64,000 bases of DNA, from positions 2,976,001 to 3,040,000 of the forward strand of contig OZ024760.1 in NCBI GenBank assembly GCA_964016885.1, read 5' to 3'. The position numbers were made by a program, and so were the translations under genes. Below, piece by piece: positions 26,595-39,781 of the stretch. Within the stretch, counting starts at the first letter, position 1; each line of letters begins with the position of its first letter. The notes below the pieces were generated by a model. It was not told the DNA's origin and ran no database searches. It saw only the letters and a list, made by a program, of their open reading frames with translations. Source of the DNA: Eledone cirrhosa (lineage: Eukaryota).

Positions 26595-26619
26595 TGCTGC
26601 TGCTATTGCTACCACCACC

Positions 26620-26654
<35 letters not shown>

Positions 26655-26656
26655 TT

Positions 26657-26934
26657 TATAGAGAGGAAAAACACAGGAGAATGTGTTTTCAATTACAGGG
26701 GGGTATAAGAACACTAGCATGAAGAACATAAACTATGAAAGGTTTGGGAAATACATTAAAATGAATAACCCGCAGGTGATGATGATGATGATGATGATGT
26801 TGATGATTTCATTTTAATTTATCCTTTAATTATAATGTATTACCCAAACATTTCGTAGTTTATGTTTTTCACTCTAGTGGTCTTATACCCCCTGTAATTG
26901 AAAACACATTCTCCTGTGTTTTTTCCTCTCTATA
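26657..26934. repeat. Inverted repeat, about 100-bp arms
   Basis: tatagagaggaaaaacacaggagaatgtgttttcaattacagggggtataaga... and its reverse complement at about 26833-26934. Confidence 0.85.
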
Positions 26935-27035
26935 TTGTATTTTGAAGTGCCCAAGAACTTTTCCTTTGAGTTCATTAAATTATAGGGATAAATGCGATTC
27001 CTTTACTCCATTGCTATACTTGATATATATATTAT

Positions 27036-27320
27036 ATCATCATCATCATTTCATTTTACGTCCACTTTTCCCTGCTTGCAAGGGTGGGACGGGAACTGAT
27101 GCTGGCTTGATTTCTACAGCTGGATGCCCTTCCTAACACCAACCTCATTTACAGTGAGTGCTGGGTGCTTTTTTGCCGTGGCACCTCCACGACCACTTTG
27201 CAGTGGAATGATAGGGACACCAGTCCCTATCATCTCATTTCTGCAGTTGAGTAAACTGGAGCAATGTGAAATAAAGTGTCTTGCTCAAGGAAAAAACACA
27301 TCTCCCGGTCTGAGAATTGT
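27036..27320 (-). mobile_element. S2 CORE-type SINE, 5' truncated
   Basis: Reverse complement of S2. Produces the recurrent MPFLTPTSFTVSAGC pseudo-ORF. Confidence 0.85.
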
Positions 27321-27340
27321 GCCTCCATATATATATATAT

Positions 27341-30300
27341 GATGGCTGCCCCCTCGTTATCGAGTATAGCCATTGCACGAGGAGAAAAAAAAATAAAATA
27401 AAAAAATTAATAAATAAATAAAAAAGAAAATAAAAATTTAAAAAAAAAAAAGAAATATATATATATATATATACACATATACATATATATATACATACAC
27501 ACATACATACACACACACACATACGCACACATATATTAATAACAATAATAATAATAATAACAACAATAATAATAACGACAACAACAATAATAATATACAT
27601 ATACATATATATATATACACATACACGCACACACATAAGCATATCTATACACACACACACGATAGCAATTAACAGCGCTGCGATCGGATGTGGCTTTTTA
27701 GCCCAGCCAATGATCTAAAATGTCTTGCACAGAGTCGGCAACCAAAACATTCACTGGGAATAGCCGGCTGTGGTTGGAGTTCATGTACTGTTGCATGTCG
27801 CTTGAGCCCTCCTGCTGATTTACATTCTCTACCACATGTTTGGCAAGCATGATGAGTAGCATCTCCAACAGCAGCCTGGTAGTCAACCACTGGTCTTGCT
27901 TTATGACTGCGAAGATGACTTTCGAGTCCAGCTTTGCTTAGGCAGAGTCTCGCACAGACACTGCATGTCAGCACCATAGGAGGACCCTCGCCGTCTGGAA
28001 GTGCAACAGCAATGCCCTTCCTCACATCCCGCTTTACTTTCTCGTATGCGATTCGAGATGCCTCAAAGGCAACTTTTCCCTCATATAGTCTTTCTCCATT
28101 TATTATGATCAGCAGCAATATTTTCCCATGTATCAGCAGAGATGTTAGCGTCTTTCAGAGAGGCTTTCAAGGAATCCTTATACCTCTTTTTTGGTTTATG
28201 TGGCGGTCGTTTTCCTTTAACCAACTCTCCATAAAAGAGTTGTTTTGGTATTCTAGAATCCTTCATCCTGGCAAGGTGACCACTCCAACGGAGTCGTTGC
28301 TTAAGCACAAGAGCTTCTATACTGTCACACATAGAGCTTTCCAAAATCTCGACATCACTGTTGTGGTCCCTCCAGTGAACACCATGGATCCGTCTGAGAC
28401 ACATCTGATGGAAACGCTCCAATTGCTTAAGGTGGTGTCGATATGTGACCCAGGTCTCACAGGCATAAAGAAGACAAGAGAGCACACATGCCCTGTACAC
28501 CTTTACCTTTGTCCTCCTGCATATGTCTCGCCGACTCCAGAGTCGCCTTTCTAGCTTTCCGAAAGCATCACTTGCTTTCCTAATCCTAAGTGAGATTTCC
28601 CTATCAAGGTTGCTGTATCGATTGACAGTGCTTCCCAGGTAGACAAACTGATCAACCACTCCAAGTCGTTTGCCATACACATAGATGTTTGGTTCAGTGT
28701 ACTGCTTACCAGGGGCAGGTTGGTATATGACGACGGTTTTCCTGAGACTGACAGTCAATCCTAGGGCAGTGCAAGCGTCAGAAAATGCATTCAAGATGTG
28801 CTGCATATCACTCTCTGTGTGCGCTACAAGATCGCAATCATCTGCATACAAGAGGTCTCTTATGATTGATGTAAATACTTTTGTCTTCGCAGCAAAGCGC
28901 CTGATGTTAAATATGCTGCCTGAGGTTCGATATCGGATGTAAACACCATGCTCGCAATTGCTGAATGCAATACAGAAAACCATTGCAAAGTATATGGCAA
29001 ACAGGGTCGGTGCTGGAATATCCCCCTGTTTCACTCCATTTTTTACTGAGATAGGCTCCGACATATTACCTCCAACATTAACCCAAGCCTTCATGTCGTC
29101 ATGGAAAGACCTAACTAAACCAAGGAACTTATCAGGGCAACCAAGTTTCTGGAGAACCTTCCATAATGCATCTCTGTTAACAGTATCGAAAGCTTTTGTC
29201 AGATCGACAAAAACCTGATACAGATCCAAGCCTTGTTCCATGCACTTCTCCTGGAGCTGTCTAGCTGAGAAGATCATATCAGTAGTGCCGTGTCCAGCAC
29301 GAAAACCAGATTGACTTTCAGGAAGAACACAATCTGCAATGTGTGTCAGCAGACGGTCCAGAAGCACCCTACATAAAACTTTCCCTTCGACAGAAAGCAA
29401 TGATATACCTCTGTAGTTCCCACAATCATTCCTGTTACCCTTTCCTTTGTACAAGACCACCATTACTGCATCTCTCCAGTCCTCAGGTACGGATTCATTA
29501 GCCCATATCCTGCCAAACAAAGAGTGAAGATGTTGCAGGAGTCTCTCACCACCATATTGTAGGAGCTCAGCATGTATGCCATCCATACCTGGAGATCTTC
29601 CACTGTTCAGCTTCGAAATAGCCACTGCAACCCCCATAAGCGTCAGAGGTTCTGCGAGAGCTACTTTCACAGGACTTTCTGGAATGAGATTGAGGAAATC
29701 TTCACTGACGACAGACGGCTGATTCAAAAGATCATCAAAGTGCTCTCGCCACCTTCGTAGAATTCCCTGTGAGTCACGAAGAAGTTCTTTGCCATCCTTG
29801 CTGCGAAGCGGTGTCACCAGAGAAGAAGACGGTCCATAAACCTCATGCAAGAGACTCTACAACAACTTTGTGTTATTGGAATCTGACGCAGTTTGTATCT
29901 CACCAGCCTTCTCACTCCACCACTGATCCTTCATCTGAGAAAGACTCCGCCTAACACGTGATTTTACATCCCTGATTTCCTCATGCAACGTATTCCTCTC
30001 CTGTGGTTTTGCCGTCAAGTAGCGTGACAGAGCACGCCTCTTATCAGCCAACAAGTCTTCTATATGTACATCATTCTCATTAAACCAGTCTTGATGTTTT
30101 CTCTGCACCAATCCCAGAACACGCCTGCCTACATCATAAACCGACTTTTTAAGGGTCGGCCAATCCCCACCAAGATCTACAGCCTGCATCTATTCTTCCA
30201 ATGTCCTCTTCACATTTTTATCCTTAAGACGAGCAGCATTCAATCTTTTGGGAAGGGCAACACCAGGAGCCCGGATTTTACGTTTAGTGATTAGTTTCAC

Positions 30301-31550
30301 TTTTGCGCGTACCAGGCGGTGGTCCGTCCAGCACTCAGCTCCACGAAGAACACGAACACACTGCACATCCTGTCTGTCACGCATCCTGACTAGGACGTAG
30401 TCCAAAAGATGCCATTCCTTAGATGCAGGATGCATCCATGTGGTCTTGAATTTGTTCTTTTGTTGGAACATGGTGTTGGTAACACACAGATCCAGCTCCT
30501 CACACATCTGCAGCAGGAACATACCATTGCTGTTACACTTTCCCATCCCATGCCTTCCAATTACATTCCATGTGTTAAAATCCATACCCACTCTAGCATT
30601 AAAGTCACCAAGCACGATGACTTTGTCTGCCTGAGGGATATTTCTTAAAACACCTTTCAAGGCATGGTAAAAGGACACTTTTTCTTCATCGACAGAATTC
30701 ATAGTTGGAGCATACACACTCACCAGGGTAGCATATCTTCCCTTGTCCAGCGGAACTCTCATGGACATAAGACGCTCACTAATCCCTACTGGGAATTCTT
30801 CTAATTTATTCACAAGTACAGTCTTAACAGCAAATCCTACCCCAGCCTCTCTTCTGGTTCCTTCATCTCTTCCTTTCCAGAAGAATGTATATTCTCCACA
30901 AAATTCTGTAAGATGACCATCTCCAGCTAACCTCGTCTCAGATAAAGCTCCTTTGCAACAAGAGCGGTCCTTCGTTCAGGACGCTCCAAGGAATCCCTGT
31001 CAAGCAGCGTCCGTACGTTCCAGCAGCCAAGACTAAATGCCTTGTTTGGCTCTATTACAATGGCACGATGACGAGCGGGCCCAGGCTGTGATAACCTGGG
31101 GCCCCTGCCCTTATTGCCAATTATCTTTTTTGTTCCAGAACCTAAATTGCCAATTATCTCTTTTATATTGTTCTGGAACATCATTGAATTGGAGAAAAAA
31201 AAGAAAAAAGTAATAATAATAGTAACAATAATAATAATAATAATAGTACACTATTAATAATTATTAATGCACTCGTGCAATGCCTGTGCGTGACGAATAT
31301 TTTTAAAGTGAGGAAAGACTGTGCACTGAGCCAATCCCACTCTCTGAGCGACAGTAGCTATAACCCGAAAAGAAGAAAAGATCAACATCATCGGTAACTA
31401 CTGAGCCGCAGGTTTTATGTCGGAGTTAACCCAGTTTCCTGAGTTGCCTTCTCCTAGAAGAATGCTCTGACAAGGGCTAGGGGTTCTTCACTCCCAGTGG
31501 TTTAACTGTGTGATCGAGCATGCAGCCCGATTATTTCTATGTCCCCGCGC
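27341..31550 (-). mobile_element. Near full-length RTE-clade LINE (APE endonuclease, reverse transcriptase, C-terminal C2H2 fingers), disrupted
   Basis: EN motifs GCWNVRTL, SETR, LGDFNARVG, LLDYV, TDHRLV. RT motifs YRGISLL, FVDLTKAFDTV, GVKQG, LLYADD, YLGS, RLRWSGHLARM. In-frame stops at 30190 and 29857, frameshift near 28085, small deletion near 30945. Confidence 0.96.
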
Positions 31551-32198
31551 AAAAAAAAAAAAAAAAAACTCATTGACACTTATACGTACGACATACACAT
31601 ACGCGCATACATATGCGCGCACACACACGCATACATACGCGCGCACACAGTAACATTCATACATACAAACAAACACACACACGCTACTCACTTACACACA
31701 CATGCAAGCGTGGAACATGGACGTTAAATGATGATTATGATGATGATGATGATGATGATGATATATTACCGTCATTACTGATACAAGATTACAAGATTAT
31801 GTCAACTGTTGACATTCAAGAGTTTGTATAGTTGAAGCCGATCGTACTACAGTCCAGTATTATTATAATTGCTTTACAGCATAGAGTTATGGCTCTCCAC
31901 GCTCTGAGCTTAAATCCCGCCGAGGTCAACCTTGCCTTTCATCCCCACGGAGTCAACAAAAGAGAGTACCAGTGATGCGCTGGGCCTGTCGCTGGATCCG
32001 TGCCAAAAGCAGAAAAATTATTATTAAAGTTGTTTTCTTAAGGCCCGGTCGCTGGTGATGGTGATGGCGGCGGTGGTAGTGGTGGTGGCAGTTGATGTTG
32101 TTGTTGTGTTGTGTGCGTGTGTGTGTGTGTTTTGTTATTTTTTTTTTTTTTATCTTTTGATGCCGCTGTTGTTGTTGTTGTAAATGTTCATACATACA

Positions 32199-32256
<58 letters not shown>

Positions 32257-32436
32257 TTAATACATTAACAGAGAAAGCTTTAAGCAATACTCCGACCAGC
32301 TTCCGTCTCACTCAACAAACATTAAGTTATACCTTAGTATAATCCCAATTATACGTTTGGGGTGCTAACTATACGTATTTTGCGGATAGCCAGTTGTATT
32401 ATTTTATATGAGACATAATTAAAATACATCTCTCTT

Positions 32437-32558
32437 TCCAAACGATCGTTTCATTATAAGTTTTCTACAAATTGGGAAAATAATGTCCAGGTTATGTAGA
32501 AGCCTACACATAGTCCGTAGGAATATATGTAGGTGGGCACTTATAAATCATCAGTGGA
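32437..32558 (-). ncRNA. Type I hammerhead motif with a branched 95-nt stem II
   Basis: Minus strand: TCCA-CTGATGA-T TTATAAGT...ACTTATAA T-GAAA-CGATCG-TT-TGGA. Confidence 0.72.
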
Positions 32559-32608
32559 TGCCCGACAAATATCGATATAAAAAAAACCTTACCGATATTA
32601 ATGTCCAA

Positions 32609-32678
<70 letters not shown>

Positions 32679-32820
32679 TACACATACAGGCACACGGTAA
32701 TCAAATTCATGACCTGACGATTGTAAGTTGAACCCCCTAACCACCAAGCTATACATCTTCACATCTATATATATATATATATAAAATTAGGCAATGAGTT
32801 ACACGAGTACATATATGTAT

Positions 32821-33168
32821 GAAGGCACATGGCTTAGTGGTTAGAGCATTGGCCTTGCAATCGAAAGGTTGTGAGTTCAATTCTCAGACCGGGTGATGTG
32901 TTGTTTCTTTGAGCAAGACACTTTATTTCACATTGCTCCAGTTTACTCAGCTGTAGAAATGAGATGATAGGGACTGGGGTCCATATCATACCACTGCAAA
33001 GTGGTCGTGCAGGTGCCACGGCAAAAAAGCACCCAGCACTCACTGTAAATGAGGTTGGTGTTAGGAAGGGCATCCAGATGTAGAAATCAAGCCAGAATCA
33101 GTTCCCGTCCCACCCTTGCAAGCAGGGAAAAGTGGACGTAAAATGAAATGATGATGATGATGATGATG
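32821..33168 (+). mobile_element. S2 CORE-type SINE, full length
   Basis: tRNA head, CORE-like domain, RTE tail, (ATG)n. Confidence 0.88.
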
Positions 33169-33377
33169 AAATAAAATTAGACAATGGATTACACGAATAC
33201 ATATATGTATATATATACTTAAAGAGAGAGAGAGAAAGAATTAGGTTTGTCCATAACTTTGGCTAAATAAATAGTCTGGTAATAAAATGGCGTAGTCAAG
33301 GTTACGACAAAATCCTTTAATTCAATTTTCAAATTCTACTTGCCATTTTCTACACAGACAATACCTTGTATGTGTGC

Positions 33378-33434
<57 letters not shown>

Positions 33435-33502
33435 TACAAGGATGCAATTCACTTGTAGCACCCAACGTCATTTAACTTCCTAAAAGCAAGGATGACAGAG
33501 TA

Positions 33503-33871
33503 TAAAGAGGAAAATGCAAAGTTGTAGATGTTAGGCTACTTTATTAATTGAGCTGTTATACATATTTCAATGATGATAGCTATCGTGATTTCTTCAGACA
33601 GCAAAAATTGATTAAAAGGTAACATTTCGGAGGCAATTTTGGGTGGAAAGGAGCGGACTAAAAAAATGTGTATGTTTTTGTTTTGCGTGTCCGCTCAAAC
33701 ATACACATTTTTTTAGTCCGCTCCCTTCCACCCAAAATTGCCTCCGAAATGTTACCTTTTAATCAATTTTTGCTGCCTGAAGAAATCACGATATCTATCA
33801 TCATTGAAATATGTATAACAGCTCAATTAATAAAGGACCCTAACATCCTCAACTTCACATTTTCCTCTTTA
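33503..33871. mobile_element. Inverted pseudo-LTR-like cassette with two hammerheads (33552-33602 minus, 33772-33822 plus)
   Basis: Arms of about 175 bp. GCTGT-CTGAAGA-AATCACGATAGCTATCATCATT-GAAA-tatgta-TA-ACAGC followed by AATAAA. Confidence 0.8.
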
Positions 33872-33897
33872 TTAATATATATATATATATATATAAC

Positions 33898-34270
33898 CTA
33901 CTACAGTCAGTAGGCATCTCTAACAAAATACACACCCCCCACCCCCACCCCATCCACACCGCCCCTTTCAATGTGAAGTTATGTTGGTACCACAACATCC
34001 AGTCCAAAACAAATGAGATCGTGTAGGTGTCACGACAAAAAACACACAGTCCACGCTGTAATGTGGCCGTGTAGGTAACACGGTAAAAACCTCACAGCCC
34101 CACACTGTAAATGTGGTTGGTGTTAGGAAGGGCATCCAGCTGTAGAAAACCCGCCAGACAGTCCTATGCGAGCAAGACAACCACTCTTGCCTCAAGTGGG
34201 AAAACTCCCGTCCAAACCCATGCAAGCGTGGAACATGGACGTTAAACGATGATGATGATGAGGATGATGA
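33898..34270 (+). mobile_element. Retroposon 3' region (family S3, long RTE 3' UTR-like) ending in (GAT)n
   Basis: Colinear with 52298-52690 (+) and 60723-61025 (-). Confidence 0.7.
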
Positions 34271-34394
34271 TAATTCTATAAGAGCGACACACGGTCACCC
34301 AACCAATCTTGCCTCAAATTGGGACAACTCCTGTCTAACCCATGCTAGCATGGAAAAGAGACGTTAAACGATGATGATATGTTATATTATATTA

Positions 34395-34842
34395 GGTAAA
34401 TTGTCAGTATCGGTAGAGGGTTGGATTATGCTTTCCAGCACAGTTACGTCCCTTTACGGTCTGAGTTCAATTCCCGCCGAGGTTAACTTTGCCTTTCATC
34501 CTTACGGGGGTTGATAAAATAAAGTACCAGTAATACACTGGGATAATTGCTGGCCTTGTGCCAAAAAGTAGAAACAATTATATTAGGTATGAAATGAAGT
34601 TGTAGCTGATCACATCAAACAGCTTGATTATTACCTGACGTTATCTCTAGGGCGGTGGATTGGCAGTATCGGTAGAGGGTCGGACGCCATGCTTTGCAGC
34701 AAAGAGTTACGGCCCTTTGTGGTCTGAGTTCAAATCCCGCCGAGGTTAACTTTGCCTTTCATCCTTACGGGGTCGATAAAATAAAGTACCAGTAATGCAC
34801 TGGAATAATTGCTGGCCTTGTGCCAAAAGTAGAAACAGTTAT
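34395..34842 (+). mobile_element. Two S1 SINEs
   Basis: Consensus matches starting at about 34395 and 34648. Confidence 0.82.
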
Positions 34843-35091
34843 CTCTAGGGATACGGGAATCAGCAGACAGGACCTGGGGGCAGCGATGGGGGACAGGGGA
34901 TTCTGGGGCATGAGAGTGAGATCCATCATCTCGACAGTAGTCGACGAGTGATGATGGTGTGATTACCTGCTATAAGCAGTTATTTGAGGCAATCACAACA
35001 CACTCAATAGAGCAGTATGTTAATACATTATCATCTAGAGAAAAAACATCAGTTGAAAGATGTGACACCAAAAGCAGTGGCCATACATATG

Positions 35092-35124
<33 letters not shown>

Positions 35125-36207
35125 AATAAATACCGAAAGGCTGAAAACGTACCTACATATATATATCTATCTATCTATCTAAGGCGGGTAAAATTCCCGA
35201 GATCCATGGACGAGTTCTCTCCAGCGGTCTCTGTCCCTCATTATCGCTGCCATATCCTGCATCTCCAACAGACCAGTGTCTGTCCTTAGGGCATCAACAT
35301 ATGTCTATATATTATATCATATATTTATTTATGTTCATACACGGAACAAAGGCAGTAACCAAGGTTTCAAGGCCCAAATTTGACCATGACACCAGAATAC
35401 AAGAAACATCAAATTAGAGCCTTTATATACACACACACATTATATATATATAGCTCATTGAGCTACACATATGGCATCCGACACTCTGCCAATCCACCAC
35501 CCTTGAAGAAAATATTGATAAATAGTTTCTCTTTGCTACATAATGTATGTAAAGTGTTTGTCAACCACTTGGGGGAAGGGAAATAAAATTCCTTTGATCT
35601 TTACCAAACCGGAATTTAAGATTAATGAGCCTCAAAATCTAACAGCAAAAAGTTTCTTTTTACATGCATTGAATAAACTATTAAACATGGGAGCTATTAG
35701 TGTTACATGCATTAACATTATGGCATTTTCATCCTAGTTTTCACTCTTTCCTCCGTTTTGTTCCTCTTTTCTTCCTTTCTGCTAAACTCCATCAGAATTC
35801 TGGTAATTTTTATTTTTGGTGCCCCAGCATGGCCTTAGCTGGATGGCTGGAACAGGTAAAAGAGTAAAAGAGTAATTATAAATTGGTCAAACTTGGAAAT
35901 CATAATACCAAGGCCACTATGAATATTCAAATAAATATGTTGTTGACATTACGCTGTGAAGCGTGGTAGTATGGTGTCCAACACCCTACCGTTACTACCA
36001 ATCCACGACCCTTCCTTGTGTGACAAATTATAATAAATTTTATTTAATTTTTTTTCCCATAGTTTTTTGTTGCAGAACTTAAACGAGGTTGTTCACAGTT
36101 GGAAATCTTCACCAAACTGTTTTCTATTGTTGTCTTTGGTTGTTCAATGCCTTGTATGGGCAATTATGAATTTTTAATGATTCTTTTCCCACATGTTTTT
36201 GTTCTAG

Positions 36208-36337
36208 ATCTTGAATGTAGCCATTCACAGTTGAAAATCTTCACAAAAGACTCAATCCCGAAGATGTCTCATTTCTTTAACAACCCAAGGTCAGGAGATT
36301 TGTACCTCACAACCAGAAACCAGTGGATGATTAAAAA
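36208..36337 (+). CDS. ENPP: ENPP-family exon D
   Basis: ttctag| ... |gtaagt. NLECSHSQLKIFTKDSIPKMSHFFNNPRSGDLYLTTRNQWMIK resembles ENPP NLSC...YLK..LPKRLHF....RIE......QW. Phase 1 to 2. Confidence 0.88.
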
Positions 36338-37244
36338 GTAAGTAATTTTTGTATTTTAACTAGCTACTACTGTCTAAATGTTGATACAGCATGGCTAAAT
36401 GGTTAAGAAGTTTACTTTGCAATCATCTGACAAAGTTCAGATATAATATTTGCGTTTAACCTTTATTATATACTCCAATGATTCTGGCCTTGTGCTAGGA
36501 TGAAACGATCGCAAGCGATTAAATGTTTTAAACATTCTTTCATTGTTATTTAGAATGTATTTCAGTTCTGTAGTATACTTGTTATTTTACAGTGAGCTAT
36601 TTTCATACTTGTAATTGGATAATAGTTAATATTACCCACATTATATATATATATATATTAAATTTAGAAAAATACACTGAACCATATAAACCCCAAAACC
36701 CTAGATTTACCCTTAAGAACCATAAGAAGGACTTTGTAAATAAACATTCAATTAGATTAATACTCTCCCTCCAATCAATAAGTGCCCATATCTACCATGA
36801 AATAATACACTTCATGCACAAGCATCATTTAATCTTTAAAAAAGATCTAACTTTCACTTGAAGAGAAAATCTTTTTGTTGCCATCAGTGGAACCATATAC
36901 CACCCCAACTTCATAAACCACTTCTCTAAATTGTGGTTAATTTCTCAACCATATTCATTAACAGAATACTTAATCAAGTCCATCTATTAATAGCCGAAAG
37001 CCATAACAACACATTAGTTGTTTTTTTAACTTGTCTAATTGTAATATATTTATTTACTGCAAGCATATTGTTTAATTACTCAACAATGCTTTTTTCTTGT
37101 TACTGGTTTCAATCATATGACTGCAGCCATTCTGGAGCACAACCTTGAAGAATTAGGAGGTTTTTTTTCTTTTCTAATTCATATAAAGTAAATTACACTC
37201 AGTAGTGATTTTTTTTTTTTTTTTAAACTTGCCAAATTTTAATA

Positions 37245-37352
37245 TACGGGTGTACCCTCGACATTCATGATCCCCACATTCATGGTTCCCGCATTCGCAG
37301 TCCCGACATTCACGGTCCCGGTTATTCGCGGAATTTTCCTTAGAACCTAACT
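37245..37352 (+). mobile_element. DNA transposon end (Tigger-like) with ~15-bp subterminal repeats
   Basis: tacgggtgtaccctcgacattc followed by repeats resembling cattcgcggtcccg. The other end was not found. Confidence 0.4.
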
Positions 37353-38544
37353 AATAATTTTTCTTGTATTTTATATTAATGCTGATTAATCCAATCATTT
37401 GTTCTTATAATTGATTAACTAATAATTGATTATATGTTTTATGATGTGGAAGAAATGTGTGAACTAAAAGTCTTTGGTTTTCTTTTCAATGTTATTTATT
37501 TCTAAAAAAGTAAATCAGACACAAAACGCCAGCATCGACAGTTTTCCAAGGGATGGCAACATCTGTTATTTTTCTCTAAAAAACATTTTTTCCCATTCCG
37601 CCCTGCCCATCCCTTCAATCTTTCTAATTTCTCATTCTTTCTTCTGATGAAGGACTAGAGTCCAAAACGTTAAGACCCTCTTCCTGCTATTTCAAGCGTT
37701 AACCTAATATATTCCTTCCATATACTGTACCGATTGTGTTGTTATTTCTGTTTACCTATTATATAAATATATATATTGACAGTCAATCGACTTTCGGCAA
37801 ATCGGACTGAGGAAACAATGTTTCCATTGGTCTTTCCAATTGCTAATACTAACTATTGGTCATAACTCCAGGTAGAAGGAACAATGTGAAATAAATTGTC
37901 TTGTGCAAAGGCATAATGCATTACCCGCTCTGGGAATCGAACTCACAACCTCACGATTGCAAATCCAATTCTCTAACCACACAGCCATGCATCTTTATGT
38001 ATATATATATTTTTTTTTTTTGGGGGGGGGGGGTAGATATAAGTGTAATTCAATTCAAGTACTCAATGTCATGTTACTTCTTCAAATTAAGGATGAAGGA
38101 GTATAATTAAAATGAGGAAAATGTGAAGTTGTAGACGTTAATGAGTCCTTTATCAATTGAGCTGTGATATATATTTCAAAGACGAATTGAGTAAAAGGTT
38201 ACGTTTCCAAGGCAATTATGGGTGGAAAAGAGTGGGCTAAAAAAAATGTATGCTTTTGCTTTGGTTGTCCGATATATATATATCAGTTTCAGTCATACGA
38301 GTGCAGCCATACTGGAGTTCCACCTTCAAATTTTTATTTTTTTTTCTAATTCATATAAAATAATTAGATTCATTAGTGATTTTTTTCTAGTAGCTACTGT
38401 TTTCTATGTATTCCCCATCTAACTATCTGAAGGCTCAATAAAACTTTTAATAACAGCCTCTACTTTAACTACTTAACTTTCTATTTTTTTTTCTTTACTT
38501 TTTCACTTGAAATGAAAACATCATATATATATATATATATATAT

Positions 38545-38594
<50 letters not shown>

Positions 38595-39159
38595 AGACTT
38601 ATGTAAATGCGATATTTGTGTGTATAAATATATAAACATCATCATCATCATTTTACGTGTGCTTTTCCCTGCTTATATATATATACTATACACACACACA
38701 CACACACACACATATTTGGATGGCTGTTGACTCTTATATATATATATATATACTCATATACATATTACATGTATAGAACTGATGCATATACATATACATA
38801 TATATATATATATATGAGAAATTGTGCAAGTATAAGGATTAACAACTTCAAATATAAAGTCAGGTATTTTTAATTAGCATTCAGTAGTAAACCTCTTGAA
38901 AGTTGATTAAGCTGTCAGTGGAATAGACTCCCTAGGATTCTCCCATCCATCAAAATATACAATACAGAGGCTCGCTGTTACATGGAGTATAATGTATATA
39001 TATGTATATAATTGTCCCGTCAACAACACAGAAGTGTGCATGAGAGCGTAGTAGTCTACAAGGTCACATGCAAAAATGTGAAGCTCCTTATACATTGGAA
39101 GTATCTCCCAGATACTGTACAGCACATACAGATGATAGAACATATGAGGACAAGAGCTT

Positions 39160-39670
39160 CATCATCCTCATTATTTTACGTCCGCTTTTCCCTGCTTGCA
39201 AGGGTGGGACAGGACCTATTCAGCGCAGCATCTCTCCATTCGTCACGGGCCTTTGTCATCTCCTCCGTGAGCTTCAGCGATCTGAAGTCAGCTCTCACCA
39301 CCTCTGCCCATGTTTTTCGTGGTCTTCCTTTCCTGTGTCTTCCTTCTACTGAGATTTCTTGGCACTTCTTCACCCAGCAGTCATCCTCCATGCGCATCAC
39401 TTGTCCATACCAACGCAGTCTTCTCTCCCGCACACCACAACTTATCCCTCTTATACACAGTTTCTCTCTCAACTCGTCTATGTTTGGCCGTTCACACACA
39501 TTGACATTGTACATCCTACGAAGTATGCTTGCTTCATTTCTCTCCAGCCGTCGCATATCTTCTGCAGTTGCTGTACATGTCTCACTACCATGCAGCATCA
39601 CACATCTCACACAGGCATCATATAACCGGTATTTCGTTCGTAGGGAGAAACCCTTCTTTTTTCAACAGAG
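39160..39670 (-). mobile_element. RTE LINE 3' fragment, likely partner of the S2 SINE
   Basis: MLHGSET...LERNEASILRRM...RRLRWYGQVMRM...GRPRKTW...[11 protein letters not shown]. The 3' end matches the S2 tail. Confidence 0.9.
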
Positions 39671-39781
39671 GAAGCAACTCCCTAAACTTCTTCCAAAAAA
39701 CCTCCTTGGTAGATGCCATAGTTGAGACATTGAGGTCACCATAGAGGCAATGGAAAGGAATGTGAGAAATTTAAGGGCTGA

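Noticed and set aside
27124-27342. Recurrent MPFLTPTSFTVSAGC ORF as a small gene family
   Set aside because: It is the antisense reading of the S2 SINE.
31260-31550. Possible HDV-like ribozyme in the RTE 5' UTR
   Set aside because: Known in some RTEs, but the nested double pseudoknot could not be identified by eye. A descriptor search is needed.
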